Source of the DNA: Takakia lepidozioides
Lineage: Eukaryota; Plantae; Bryophyta
DNA: 64,000 bases
Reading direction: 5' to 3'
Assembly: GCA_030704615.1 (NCBI GenBank)
Contig: CM060732.1
Location: forward strand, 1,364,001 to 1,428,000
This document shows, one piece after another, positions 38,034 to 52,961 of this stretch. Under the pieces are notes generated by a model. It did not search any database and was not told where the DNA came from. It saw only the letters and a program-made list of their open reading frames with translations. A program made the position numbers and the translations under genes. Every line of letters starts with the position of its first letter. The stretch's first letter is position 1.

Positions 38034-38449
38034 ATGTAGCCTCTAGGATACTGTCCGCAAACCAAAAGCTGAGTTCCTGTAACTGCCGACTCCTTGTCAG
38101 AAACTTCAAAGGTATAATCCATAGGGCAGCCTGGCAGACAACGCCAACGCGTACTAACGGAATCAAACGTCCACCACTTCCGTGCACTTATGAGAGGCTG
38201 TACATTGTGTGCAGGACCAGCCAACATGTAAATCCATTCCTCCTTGATCTCTACCCATTTGCGAGTCTCAAGGATGTCGTTGCGGCCTTCGTCATCAACC
38301 ACCGCTAGCGCATTTTGCCATTTCTTACAACCACCTTTCAACAGTAAATAATAATAACGAGGCACCCGTGCAACGCATTCTAGTGTCACATGGTCTGTCA
38401 ATCCCGGAATCAAGGAGTTGTCCTTCGACTGGTCCTCCGGCTCTGCCAT
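38034..38449 (-). pseudogene. F-box/kelch-repeat protein, 5' part, truncated at the element C terminus
   Basis: SLIPGLTDHVTLECVARVPR (plant F-box), EEWIYML, WWTFDSVSTRWRCLP, SDKESAVTGTQLLVCG. The frame runs into the TIR and stops. Confidence 0.88.
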
Positions 38450-41400
38450 TGCTAGAATTCCATTTTATTTATGATTTCTTACTATGATTTCGTACTAAAC
38501 TTCATAAAATATATACTAATGTACATAAAATGTGCTATTCTAAATTATGATCCGAAACAGTGATCGACACTTAGCCAGTGTGAGCCTACGCTCACGCTTA
38601 GTGGGCAAAACGTGAGCCCAGCTCATAGGCTCACGGGGCTAGGCTCACGCCGTAGCTACGCTGACTGCAATCTTACCACATATACCGATCCAACCAATAC
38701 TAACACACATCCACCCATGTTCCATAAATACTATACGTACTCTCCCACATCAATTGTACCAATACACAAAGACCCGGCCCGCCCATACCCCGGGTAACAC
38801 AACTATACTGATATGAACTCACTCTTCCCTCCATCCACCAACTCTACACAACATACAACTCCCACTTACCCTGCCTCATTGCCCACCCCTGGAGTATATT
38901 ATACACCCCCCCCCCCCCCCCCCCCCCTCATGCATTCCTCCGTATAACCCCCAAAACAGACTATACGATTCCTCACCATGTAAAACCATGTATACTCAAA
39001 ACTCACCTATATATCCACCTCCATATCTATATATTCATATACTCATACATCCGCCTTCATATTTATCCGGCTTAGGCGGAAGTCTTCTCTATTTTCTCTG
39101 ATTTGTGATTTGTCGAGTCATATACTACAAGTCAAGAAATTTCATAATATTCTCTTTGGTGGATCTAATTTGAATAATGAAGGGAAAATTGGCTTAAGCT
39201 TTGCAATGGTGAATGACGAATCACCCAAAGTGCTTGATGATATAGGTTGTAGCAGCCTATAGCTTAGAGAGAAGAGTTCCTGAATGTGGATCTAATACTT
39301 GATGTTCAGTGACTATCTTGTGATTTGACAAGTCGTATATAATCAAGAAACTTTTCATCGTATATTTTTTTGGAAGGAAGGATTTAAAAAAATAAGTTTG
39401 ATGTATGTTTGTGTACTTATATATTGCTTAGTGATGAGGCACACTGTTTCATGATATGTCACATATTCTCAATTTTAATTAACTCGAATGATGTTCGGCA
39501 TTATTCTTATTGTCATAGGTGTAACGTATATTGTACATTTTCTGTTGTGGAAGTTATTATACAGCTTATTTTCTGATGAGGTCACAAATGGAGAGAGAGA
39601 ATGCATCAGAGATCCTTGTCTTGCCTATAGGGGTATACCTGGAAGATACCTTTTATTCCTTCACATTCCCAGCTGAATGTACAATCACTAAAAGATAACA
39701 GTGAAAAGCTGCGAACTTGGTTTGCACGGTCTCATGCAAATCTACATAATATTGATTGGAGCCACAATCACATTTTTGTAAATGGACATAATGCTCGAAC
39801 ATAGCTTACAAGGACGAAGCAAACCATGAAAATGCCCAATTATACTGACAAGGAGCTATAGAAGTATATCAAACTCTATATCAAACTTTTGACATCAATA
39901 AAGACCTCAAGAAATATTCACAGCACAATTTAGTAATCTATAAAATAAAACTCATTGTCACATCGAAATTTTCATACAAGTGCAATTGACATGTTAAAAA
40001 TTACAATCAATTAAAATACATTGATTTTAGGTCACTTGTCAGATGACATTGGGTTGATTGCCAATTATTGTCCTAATAGAAATCCCTGAGCTAAGATTAT
40101 TGTTGATGCCTTTCATTCTAATCATCGCCGTACAATCCCAATTATGGCATCGTCATCAGAGAAACCATCCAACTCCTAACCCTCTTAACTAGCAAAATCG
40201 TCAATGTATGAATCATCATTCTCCCCATCTCAATCACTACTATAATCTAAATCTAGAATGAGGGCATTTTCATTCAACAACTCAATGACAAGATATCTCC
40301 TGCGTTCTTGGTTAATACAGTTTGGAAGAATATGTCATGTGGTATGTTAGAAATGTTGTCAATAGCACCAAACACATCATAATGATCAAGACCAATGTGG
40401 TGAAAACCCCAATGTTTCCTAAAATCACAGAGAAGCATATTTTCCCAAATCTCGTATGTAATTTTCAAATGTAACTCCATGCCTCATGTGATAAATGTGA
40501 GGGTGCACTCCATTGAACCAAACAACAAAGCTCACAATCCCTAGTTTACGCAAGAGCGTTCTAGTGCTCTCTACACGGCCTGCTCGATGGTGGGCGGGTC
40601 ACTTCACCCCCTGTCCTTCAACCTGACCTACCAATTGCGGGTACCCGCTGGGCTCCAGCACCGCTGCCTAAGATTCGGGTAGTGAGCAAGACATATCCAT
40701 GGACAATCTGCACGCAATTCACAATTTGGGCCGCATAGATTGCCATAACTCCCTGCCATTTGTACCAATCATCCTCAAGCACATGCCATTGGAAAGCCCT
40801 TGTTGAGGGCTACAATTTCTTTCTCTACTAAATGAATAAGATATAGATTCAAAAAGATATAGGGATTTGAAAAACAATGAACAACCCATTTTGGCTGCAG
40901 GTGCCTCTATTGCACCGGGGGAAGCGGGGAGCGCCAATGGAGGTGGGGAGCAGAGGGAGGGGAGCCACTCCCTTCTTTGCCGGCGTCCCATGAAGAACCC
41001 GAAAAAGGGACGAGCAGACATTCTTCTCAATATGCATGGGATCTAGAAGATGGCGAATCTTCAGGTCCTACATATATCCCCACCCACAAATACTTACACA
41101 AATTTTTTTACGTGAAAGTGACAATGCAACGCATACCAAATGTGCAATATCACATGCATACATAGGGATATTGATGGTGTTTTTGTGGAATATGTACAGC
41201 CCAATATGACAACTCGTAGAAGATTGATGACGGGCACGTCTACTTCACCGTCCGTGCCCGCATGGGCTTCCTTCCATCGGTCCTCCCAAAACTGCCCGGA
41301 TGGTGTCATGGGGGGGGGGGGCTCATAGGAAATACCATTTTTTAATACAAGTGGGGACAAACATGGTAATCATACACCAATCAGAAGGATAGCCTTAGAA

Positions 41401-42139
41401 CAAGTGATGAGGAAAAAAAAAAAAAAAAAAATGTCAAGTAAAAAAATTATTATTTTTTGGGTCGAGTTTTGGAGATGGATAACGAAAAATACCTAAACAC
41501 AACACTGAGATGGATGAGATAATGAAGTAATAATGTAGTTGACAATTTGCTTAGAAAGTATGGAAGCACTATTTGTACCAATGGTTGGAGTTCCATTACA
41601 AACTTACAATTGTTTAATGTCATGCTCGTATGTCTTACCGGGGAACAATTTTTGGGATCTCTGGACACCAGCGGTGAGAAGAAAGATGCACATTATCAAT
41701 ATTCAGTTATCAATTGATGAGATTGAAGGTGATAAAATCATGTATTGGACAATGCCATTAACATAAGAAACACTACGACCTTGTTAATGAAACAATATCC
41801 CCACTTGTACTACCAAGGGTGACTTCATAATTAGCATGATTCAACATAACACATACCAATAAATGTTTCGAGACCAAGAAGAGTCTTCATGACATGGTGT
41901 AAGGATCCATTGACTCTCTGCCCTAGTTAACCCTTAAACGACAGTGTGACTTGATTCAGATTGCGACATTTTTCATCCACAATCGCGTTTTCATGGATGA
42001 AATTAAATGGAAATGATTCTTGAACCAAAAATCTAGCGCACATCGACATGCACATGTAAGAATTAATTTTGCACGAAAAATCATAAAAGCGCGCCGTATA
42101 GGGATCTTTGAGTGCAAAGGGAATCAAGAATCAGTCGAC

Positions 42140-42599
42140 TATCATGGTTTTGGTCATGGTTAACTAAAATTACCTACTTCTAGTTAACTAGGATATTTTG
42201 GATATTTATATTTGTATTATGTGTGTTGGGACTTCATTTGGTCTCATATGCCTCGAGTGAGGTATCAAGCCTCACTTGGGACATGGGGATGGGTTTTCCC
42301 CTTGTGAGGGTTGAGGAGGCTCATCTTCTTTCTTGTAATTGAGCCTCCATGAGTCTCTCTCACCTCCATAGCTCTAGGTATTGAGAGGAGTGTGTTGAGG
42401 GCTTTATAGGGTGGATTCCTTTAGCAAAGGTGTCCTAGGCTTGACTTAGTTTATGTGCTTGAGTGGATTCATGAGTGGAGTGTTTCCATTGTGTTCACTT
42501 TCATTATCTATTGTGGCATAGCTTTCTAGGACTATATGCTAGGAAGTGTGGTTGGACAACGATGTATGTTGTGGCACGATGCTAATTAGGAGCACGACA
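42140..42599 (+). mobile_element. Solo LTR (second family) with a 4-bp TSD (CGAC)
   Basis: Ends TATCATG (TGTCGTG with two G>A changes)...CACGACA. CGAC at 42136-42139 and 42600-42603. Shares blocks with the 475-bp unit (GCTCATCTT, TTGAGCCTC, GGCTTGACTT, GGACAACGATGTA). Confidence 0.75.
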
Positions 42600-44540
42600 C
42601 GACGTATCCAACAGGATTGACTATGCCCATGTGACTGGTGAGATAGTCCACAACAGCTGCCATTGCCAGTGGGGGTAGTGTGTGATTGCCTGTTGTCTGC
42701 CAATATGGAAGTGTATCTAATATCCACCCTACATCCATTTGCATCCATTTATGATTTCATGGGGGCCCTCTCAATTAGTTCCTCGGTTTTGAATAACGTG
42801 GCCTTGCAACATTCGGTCAGAAAATATACCCGGTCCGGTAGCAATTCGCCTAACTTGGCAAGGGATGCACATTTCATTCAAAAGATGATCTCTTGCTCTC
42901 AAATTTTTGGAAAGGGTTTTGGTTTTCACTATCCATTGAGCAAGTAGCCCAGTGGTTGGGTATTTGTGCCTTGCCTGTGCATAACCGTGTATAACCGGGG
43001 TGATCCTGGGTTAAATCCTTCAACATGTGCCTTCAAGTGTCGAGTGGCCCCTCGATGGGCTGTGTGTTGAGCAGTAAACTCTGTAAATTCATTGTACATT
43101 AAAGAAACTTTATCTTTATCTTTATCCAACGTGGACTCTTACATAACACACAATAACTGTAATTGAAATTAGAATTCCATTTAGAATTTGCAGTCCCCGT
43201 GGGATGCTTAGAGACCCAGTGGCTATGAATGCCAATTTACCCCCCCCCCCCCCCCCAATTCACATACAAAACAACCCATAGTTTTTATGGGATTTTGGGT
43301 CTCATTTTTGAGACACCGCCTTGAAGGTGCCACATATTCTGAATATGGTGGACATTTTTGAGGGAAAATTCAACCCAATATAGAAAATGTATGGTCAAAC
43401 CCAAAAAATTTCCTTCATTTCTCCAGGGAACTTGAAACAGTCATTTTTATTTTTGTTATAATCTGTCAATTACAATGGTGAAATCTGCTGCTATTTATGA
43501 GCATGTGGATGTGGTAGTTACATATGGATTTATAAGGCTCAATTATGTGGATGATTGTGGGTAAGAAGTTACACCCTCATCCATGAAGGTATGTACAGTT
43601 TTGGGGGTGGCCCACCAAAAATTAGTTGGTCGTTTAAGGGTTAAGGACAAAAGCATAAACACCTTAGAAACATGATAGGATTGTTGTGTAAATGCAATAG
43701 ATAATAAAATTATAAAGTTAGCTTTGCATCATCTTCAAAACTCCCTTCTACTAAAGAGAAAAACTCTAAACTACTCTTCTAGTTGGCATTAACATATTAT
43801 GTCAGTAATGCGTCAAACCCTCTACTCTATGCCCACCACATGGTGGAGTCTCTTATTTACGTTAACTTCAGTCTCCCTGTTTAATTTTTAGCTGCAGTAA
43901 TATCATGGTGAATGACGTCGGATCAAAGTGATGCCTGAAGAAAAATGATCAGAAATCCAATTTCTGAACACAAACTCACTTTTAGATTAATAAAAAAAAA
44001 ATCACGTGATTTTATAGGAATTAAGTTTGGCAGTAAATACGTTCAAACAAAATGGGTGGCCCGTCTGGGTTGCCCTGAACCTAACCCTTGTTAGAGAGGA
44101 CACGCCACGTTTGGCCTCCCTGCTTGCCATCTCCCAGCTCTCATCCGTGCCACACACAGACTCAAGCTATTTCCTACCCCACACATCCTCTTTGCCCTCA
44201 TCATTATTATTTCCCCGCTACTAGACACATGTGATATCTACTTTGAATCTCACTCTCTTTCCCAGATCCGTTCTCTGCTACGCAACCTACATAAACTGCC
44301 CCCGCTCCCCAACAATTACCTAGCCCCTCCATACCACCTCTCTGAATTACAGTCCTCGCTTCAACTCCTATAATCCAAACCCGGAGTGGTCCATACAATC
44401 CTAGGCGACCATCTTGCCTCACTTACCTCCCCGACTCAAGACCTGCCAGCCCTCTCTAAAAAATTCCCATTTTTATCCAACGACATCCTCTCTGCCACCC
44501 TAAAGGCAATAACCCCCTCCCTAGACTCACAGCTCCCCCC

Positions 44541-46737
44541 ATGCCCCCATCCCCCCAACCCCTCCCACCCTCACCTACTCACTCAAATGCACCTACACCC
44601 CCCTCTCCCGACCCCTTCTCCTCCGCCTACAATCTAAATACCATCTCCTTTAACATCATTACCTGGAATGTCAGCTCTATGGCCACTAGTATACATAGCC
44701 TCATACATCTTCTCACAGACTCCATCTCCCCGCAGATTATTCTACTACAAGAAATTAAACTGCACACCAACCGCCCTAACAGCTCATACATAAACAAACT
44801 ACTCCCGACAGATTACTTCATGTATGACAACCCTTTGTCTGCTCCGCAATGCCTTAGGCGGCGCTCGGCCCCATACAGCCCCACCCGGGGAGGCGTTGCC
44901 ATTGGCATCTTACGTACCCATCACTCTCCCAGCACCACCACCAAGGTGAACGTCCCCATCCCTCTTCGCTCCCATCTCCAAATTATCCAACTTTATTTGC
45001 TTGCTCTTAACCCAATTACCATCATTCACCTATACATGCCCTCTCACACTGATGACCTCCAAGTTATCCAAGATATCCAAGATATTATGCTTGCGATTTC
45101 CAATACGATTACCCACCCTGATCAGCAGCATCACCACTACATTCTCGCTGGTGACTTCAACAGAGATATTGCCCTCTTTGGACACTCCTATAAAGGTTCC
45201 CACCAACCCCCATCCCCTTCCGATCACGGTTGGGCCAAGTTCACTCAATAACATCACTTTAGCTACATACTCGCAGATCACCACTACTCCAGGCAAGGTG
45301 GTCTCCACTACTCCTCCCTCAGCCTCCTTGACGGTTTCTATCTCAAGACCAGCACCGAGATCCCGTCCTATCTCCGCAGCCATATTCACATTGGCAACAT
45401 TTGTAACTCCGACCACTACCCAGTATCAATCTCTCTTCCCCCTTCCTTTGTTCCCTTCCGCCCCCTCCCTTCCATCCTTACCCCCCCTCCCCAACCCAGG
45501 ATCCTATCTCCATAACATCACAGCCTTCCAAAACCACTTCCAACCTATTGCCTCTATCATAACACAAAACCTCTCCCATATTCTCTTAGATACAAATCTC
45601 TCACAGGAACCGATAATACCTGGCTCGAATTAGCAGAGCTCACCCTCTCTTCCATCTTACTAGAAATGACCAAAAGCATTCTCGTCACATGTGCCGCTCC
45701 CCCGGACCTGCCCCAAACCTCCCGTTCTAAACAAAACGGGGGATATCTTACCCGTTCACAAAAGTGGGCCTGGACCTCCCACACCTATCACACTACGCAG
45801 AGCTCTCACCGTTATTTCTAACTCTTCCACCCTCCCACTACACAGAGACTGACGCTCTGATCCCCGTATCTCATGCCTAAACTCCTTGTCTGTCTGCAGC
45901 CCAATCATGCCCCCTCTCAACGACCCCTCCCACCTTCCTAGCTGGATTACTGCCCTCTCCAAGCTGGGGAGAGACGCTAAAAAAGCCGCCTACATTATTA
46001 CTAAACAAAAAGCCACGGCTGATCACAAAAGTTTTGTTTCATCATTTGGCCAATTACTACATGACCACCCCAAAAAAGCCCATAAAGCTATTTTCAACCC
46101 TACTCTAAACCCACCCATTGACTGCCTCAAACATAGATCCGGCCAACTGCTCACCACCCCTAATGACATAAAAAATGAAATATGGATTTAAGCCTCATCC
46201 TCCTATATTCCCACCACTACGAACTGCCTGCACCCTACCTTACACACCCCTGACTACGTGTGTAAAGTCCGCCACTACCCTTGGCACGATTTAGACGGCT
46301 TTTCATTGGAGAACCGTGGTTCTCCATAAGACCTCATCCATGACGCCTTCACTCTTGATATCTTTAAATCCTGCCTCAAAGCCCTTCCCAAAGCCAAAGC
46401 CCCTGGCCCCGAAACTATTACCAGAACCCTTACCAAGATGTTGTTCAACTATGGTGAACACCACCGCATTCTTAGCGACCCGCAAGAAGGCTTCTGCGCC
46501 AGACGTAGCACTACCAGACAAATACAATATGTGTTATCCGCCCTAAAGGACGCCAAACTCACAAAACAAGATATATATCTCCTATATATCGACTTCAAAA
46601 ATGCTTTCGGCTCCTTAGACCACCCGTGTCTACTCGCCATTATGACAGACCTAGGCTACCCAACAAACGCTATACAACTCATCGACAATATTTACACTAA
46701 CAGCTCCATGGAATATGCAGGCTCATATTATGGTTCC
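44541..46737 (+). mobile_element. LINE ORF2 remnant (APE endonuclease plus RT N-terminus), 3'-truncated
   Basis: IITWNV, IILLQE, RGGVAI, ILAGDFN, SDHYPV; RT QEGFCARRST and LLYIDFKNAFGSLDH. Frameshifted. Confidence 0.9.
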
Positions 46738-49700
46738 GCTTAGAGTTCAGTACGCGATCATCCTTGGGATTGGCCTCATCATGGGGTCGGGCAAGCCGAA
46801 GCGAAAGCGGAACGGCCCAAAAGATGATGAACCCGGTGAGCCCGATGGGGGCGACGTGTCACCGAGGCGGCCGTTTGAGGAAGCGATGCATGTTTCCGAA
46901 AACGAGGCCGCTCAAGAGCGGGAGGAATCCGAGGAATCCTTGAGAGCTCCGACAAACCAAGAGATGCCTCCCATGCCGGCAACTTTTGGGAAGGGTTGTT
47001 GGCGCAGTTTGGCGGGACGTTGAGAGACGTGTTGAAGGCGGCTAATGCCACTTCCACTAAGGCAAAGTTTAAGGTGAAGCCTAAGGAACCCGGCACCTTC
47101 GAGGGCGTCCGAATTTGGAAGGCACTCAACACCTGGCTCCTGGAGCTAGAGCAGTACTTCCGGGCGGCCAAGTTGAGTGACGAGGATCGGGTGGAAGTGG
47201 CTCCCACCTATTTGAGGGGCTATGCTCAACAATGGTGGCAGAAACGCCTTCACGACCGAGGTCCAAGCCCGGAAACCTTGGACTGGAGTGGGTTCAAGGA
47301 ATTGATGAAGAGACAGTTTGTGCCCCTCAACGCGTCCTGGCTTGCCCGGGACAAGATGAGGAATTTGAAGCAAACAGATGACATTCGGGGGTATGTCCAG
47401 GCTTTCAATGCGTTGTTGCTCGAAGTCGCGGACATGGCAGAACCAGAAATGGTCTTCAACTTTGTGGCGGGACTGGCCCCATGGGCCAGACGGAAGTTGG
47501 AGGAGAAGCCACCCAAAGCTTTGAACGAGGCAATTGAGAGGGCTGAATGTTTCTCGGATGTCCCTAGGGGTGAGAGACAAGGCCGTATGGAGCTGAACCA
47601 CAAGAAGACCCGGCGGGAAGGTGACTCCTTCCGACCGGAAAAGAAGTGGGATAGGCCACGCGGCGACAATGGCACGTGAAAATCGAAGGGAGGGCCTTCA
47701 CACGTCAAGGCGGCACCCGGTGCTTCGAAAGGAAAAGCGGGTGGAGCGGCTTATGGCGGACAGAAGGCGACCTTTGATGGAGTGTGTTTCAATTGCGGGG
47801 AGCTCGGGCACATGGCCAAGAAGTGCACGAAGCCCCGGCAATTGAACATGACTCGGGCGACCACGGAGCTGTCGGAAGATACCATCAGTCGCTTGGTGGA
47901 AGCGGTGGTCGCCAGGACTTGCAAGATAGGCAAATTTTCTTGTGAGTTGTATTAGGAAACTGGCGCCTTACGTAAAGAGAGTCAGTTATTGTTCGTGGAT
48001 GGGATAATATCCAGAACTAATGTGTCATTATTGGTGGACACAGGAGCGTCGCACTCCTTCATGACACCGGCAACGGCACAAAAGCTGGGACTCCCGACGA
48101 GTGACGTGGGGGCCTCTATTGAGGTGCGTTCTGCCAAAGGAGAACCACAGTTGGCAACAAGGTTGGCGTTTGATGTTCCTCTTCAACTGGGGAGTTGGGA
48201 GGGACGTGAGAACTTCACCATCTGCGAGATCGATGGAGTAGATCTCATTTGGGGATGACCTTTTTGAGCAAATCCGGAGCGGTCATAGATGGCCGCAAGA
48301 GAGTAGTCACGCTGCCATGTGGGAATGGTGGCGAGGTCTTACGAGTGTCGAAAACGCCCAAACCCGTGGGAGGGCGAATAAACCTTCTGTCAGCAAGGGA
48401 GTGGGCCGTGGAGGAGGCACACGAACCCCAGTTTTTGCTTTACATTAGAGAAGTGAAGGGAGAAGGCGATGGGGAGCCGAGCCCAGATTGGATCAAGGGG
48501 ATTTTGGAGAAATACCAGGATGTGATGCCGGAGGATTTACCAAGCGGCTTGCCACCGCGAAGAGGAGTTGACCACAAGATTGAGGTGATATCGGGAACGG
48601 AACCGCCTGCCAAGGCACCCTACCGGTTGAGCCACAGGGAGTTGGTCGAGCTGAAGACTCAGCTCAAGGATCTAATGTCAAAGGGGTACATCCGGCCGAG
48701 TAAGTCACCTTACGGAGCCCCGGTGCTATTCGCAGACAAGAAGGATGGGACGCTGCGGATGTGTGTCGATTACAGGGCTTTGAATAAGGTGACTATAAAA
48801 AACCGGTACCCTTTGCCAAGGATTGACGACCTCTTCGATCGGTTGGCAGGAGCGAAGTATTTCAGCCGGATCGACTTGCGCTCCGGCTATCATCAAATTC
48901 GGGTGGCGGAAGGAGATGAGGAGAAGACCGCGTGCAGGACAAGGTATGGTTCATATGAGTTCTTGGTGATGCCTTTTGGGCTCACCAATGCACCAGCGAC
49001 ATTTAGCACGCTGATGAACAACATTTTTCAGGAGTGGTTGGATGATTTTGTGATCGTGTACATCGACGACATCTTGGTGTACTCGAAAACAAAGGAGGAG
49101 CACCTGGAGCACCTCAAAAGGGTGTTCCAAAAATTGCGAGAAGGGAAGCTGTATGCCAAAGCTTCAAAGTGCGAATTCGGGGTCACGAAAGTGGAGTTCT
49201 TGGGGCATGTGCTTACACAGGATGGGATCAAAATGGATGACAGAAAGGTGAGGGCGATCTTGGACTGGGAGCCTCTGACTTCGGTCCTGGGAGTGCGATC
49301 CTTCCTAGGACTCGCCTCCTATTACCGGAAGTATGTGAGAAATTTCGCCAAGATCGCGGGGCCGTTGTCGGACCTTCTGTGTAAATCCAAAGTCTGGGTA
49401 TGGAATACATTTTGTGGCCAAGCTTTTGCTGAATTGAAGCAGCAGATGGCGGAAGCTGCAGTCTTGAAAATCCCGGAGTTCGATCGTCAATTTGAGATTC
49501 ATACAGATGCGTCGGACTTCGCGATTGGGGGTGTACTTATGCAAGATGGACGTCCAGTGGCTTACGAAGGTAAGAAACTGAATGAAGTGGAGCGACGGTG
49601 GCCGACGCACGAAAAAGAGATGAAGGCGGTGGTGCATTGCCTTGAGCTTTGGCGCCACTATGTTGGTTCCAACCCAGTGAAGGTGTTCACGGACAATGTC

Positions 49701-52700
49701 ACAGTGAAGTATTTTGCCACGAAGCCCAAGTTGTCCCCAAAACAACTTAGGTGGCAAGATACTTTGGCGGTGTTCCACATGGATATCCAGTACAAACCGG
49801 GACGGGACAATGTGGTGGCCGATGCTTTAAGTAGAAAAGCAGCAGCTCCTGTTGGTGTACAGGGGCGAGACGACACTCCAAAGGAAGATCCGGAAGGCTT
49901 GCCGAAAGGATGAGCTGGCGAAGTCCGTGATGCAGGACTTGAGGATAAGGGTTAAATCGCAATTCCATTTGCAAAATGGACTGCTCCGGTATAAGCAAAA
50001 ACGTCTCTATGTGCCAAAGGGAGGGATCAGAGATAGCCTCTTGAGAGAATGCCATGATAGCCCGCTTGCGGGCCACGGCGGAGCCAAGCGCACTGCGGCA
50101 CTCCTAAAGAAAGAGTATTTCTGGCCCAAACTGAGGGAGGAGGCAGAGGAGTATGTCAAGACATGCACCACATGCCAACAAAACCGGAGCGAGTACAAAA
50201 AGCAAGCGGGGCTGTTACAACCCTTGCCGATTCCAGAGGGGACTTGGGAAAGCGTCTCGATGGATTTCATGACTGCTATGCCGCTGTCAAAAGGATTCGA
50301 TGCAATCATGGTGGTGGTGAATAGGTTCAGTAAAATGGGCCATTTCATCCCCACCAAGGAGACGGCAACGGCGCAGGAGACAGGGCGACTTTACTTCGCC
50401 CACGTCTTAAAGCATCATGGAGTCCCAAAGGATATTGTCTCGGACCGCGATCCAAAGTTTACGAGTAAATTTTGGAGGGCACTTTGGAAGAAGATGGGGA
50501 CGAGGCTGAAGATGAGCACCGCCTTCCGACCTACGACCGACGGCCAAACAGAAAGAGTGAATTCCGTAGTGAAGCAGATCTTGCGGAATTACGTGTCGGC
50601 AGACCAAACAGATTGGGTGGAACACTTAGACGCGGCAGAGTTTTGTTATAATAACACAGAACACTCCGCAACGGGAGTTTCCCCTTTCGTATTGGTCTAT
50701 AGAAAAGCACCTCTGGTGCCGACAAGTTGGGCCGCCCCGGACGTTGAGGAACCGGCAGTAGCGGCGGTATTGGAGGAACGCGAGCGTTTGTGGAAGCTCG
50801 CAAAGTACAACATTGCCAAAGCTAGGAAATGGTATGAAAGGCAGGCGAATCGGAAGCGGAGGGAAGTGAATTTTGAGGCAGGTACAGAGGTCTGGTTGAA
50901 CATCAAGAATTTCCGACTACCTCCGGAAGTGAGTCCGAAGTTCGTACCTCTGTATGCGGGACCCTTTCGCATTCGGAAGGTTATGAATGAGGATGTGTAT
51001 GAATTGGAGCTGCCGGCAAACAGTAAGGTGCACCCAGTATTCCATGTATCCCTTTTGAAGCCTTACTTCAAAGATGAAGCGCGTCCGAATCGGCATCAAG
51101 TGTTGCGTCCACCACCTATGCTGTTGGATCATGAAAATGAACTTGAGTACGAGGTGGAGGCAATACTTAAGTCCAGGAGGTTCAGGAACCGAGAAATGGA
51201 GTATCTCGTCAAATGGAAGGGCTATCATCATGTGGAGGCATCTTGGGTGCGTGCCTCAGAAATGGGAAACGCATCCGAGGCGGTTGCAGCTTTCGAAGGG
51301 CGACCTCAAAAGCGGAAGAAGCGTTGATGGGGACATCAACCTTCGAGCGTGGGGGAGGAAATGCATGCTTAGCCCCGGCTTAGCTAGCTCAGGAATCCAA
51401 TTGCAAAAACTTGTATTGTACAAAATTTGCTTTAAATGAAATGTTTCAAAATGTTGTGCTTCCTATTTTGTTTGGAATGGCGATGCATGGTATGGTTGGC
51501 TAGTGTGTAGAAGGCATGCTAGCTTACAAAAGCGAGAGAGGTAAATTGGGTTAATCGTGTGTTTGCGCAGTGCCAAAATCGGGTGACTCCCATCCAAGGG
51601 GCAAGGAAACTTGCGCCTTCTTTGGGAGTTCACGTGCTAGTGCGCACCTGGCGCGTGCGCGTACTATAACTGCGCTACTGAGGGGGTTGCCTTGTAGTGC
51701 AGGCTAACGCGGAAGCTATGTGCTTCCGTTCACGTACTATAATCGTGTAGCCTCGGGACGAAGTCGTAGTGCAGCTTCGGCGTGTTCCCGTACCTCAGGC
51801 CAGCATTCTAAGGCGGACCCAATTGTAGTGATTGGGGCGCACGGTTGGTTCAAGGTTATCTTCCTAGTCAAAGAGGGTTCCAGGTGAACCCTTGCTCAAG
51901 GTGATGCCAAAAGCGGCATCATGAGCGATCGCAAGCAATGTTGTTGCAGTAAGGCGATTCGATCCTCGGGGAGGATCGTTCCTTGGCCTTGAAGTAGGCC
52001 AAGAAGAGTGCACTGGGAGGAGCTGGAGAGGCTCCACCCTTGGCCGAGACTTGGAGGAAGTCGGCCAAACTAGCTAGTGGAGAGTAGAGCCAAGTGTGGG
52101 ATTTGGTTCTTTGCCATGGGACGCCATGGTACGGAAACAAACTCCTTGATGTGGGACGCCACAACTTGGATGTTCGTTTCTACAAAATGGACAAGTCGAT
52201 GAGGACATCGACTCCCTGTTGGTAGGGGTGTGTGTCGCGGCCCTTTACCTTGAGGGCAGGGGGGGTCGGGACACATGAGGGGCTGCCCCTGTGGTAGGGG
52301 CAGCGGCAGCGATAGGTATGGGGGCTGAAGCACCCTTGAGTGCCCAAGGCACTCAGGGAAGCGGAGGCGCTCACTAGGTGGAGCCCCGCACACCGGGTTG
52401 CGGTGGGGGTGGCTCCACAAGGGGTGGTGGTAGCTTAGCGGGACTTAGTGGGGGTGGCATAGGACTCACCATGGGGGCGGAGACCTCGTGGTGGGAGTCG
52501 TGGGGAGTCTTGGGACTCATCACGGTCCATAGGGGCCGTGGTGAGTGGGCCAAGACTCACCGCGACTCATCACCGGGAGTCGAGGGTTTTCGTGGTGGTT
52601 CGCCATAAAATGGCATGGCTGGTTGTGAAACCCCCGCGGACAGCTACAGAAGTATATATAAGGGGAGTAGTGACCCCGAGAACGGTGCAAGCCCGTTGGT

Positions 52701-52961
52701 GACCAAAAACTAGTGAGTAAGCGAGCGAGCCGGAAAGCGACCAAAGAGTGGGGAGCTGTTCCGGACTGCCATCTACCAAAGGGAATTCTCCTAGTCCCAA
52801 ATAGGTGGAGGGTTTAGTGGGAAGCGAAGGGGGACCGTTATGTCCCGGTGAGCAGCCGAAGCTCCAAGTTGGCCCGGGCGGCCAGGTTGGGAGTCAGGCG
52901 CGCGCATCAAAGCGAGTAACTATGACTTGAAGGGGAGCTTACCAAAGTGAGGTGCGCGACA
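46738..52961 (+). mobile_element. Ty3/Gypsy chromovirus copy 1; lacks the 5' LTR and PBS; 3' LTR 52233-52961
   Basis: gag with CCHC knuckle, protease LVDTGASH, RT YIDD, RNase H TDASD, integrase HHCC/DDE with GPF, chromodomain YEVEAIL...YLVKWKGY. A purine-rich tract precedes TGTCGCG. Several frameshifts. Confidence 0.97.

Noticed and set aside
39100-43200. Decayed minus-strand coding-like patches, one faintly Plavaka/transposase-like (41094-41360)
   Set aside because: Too degenerate to assign a family from sequence alone.
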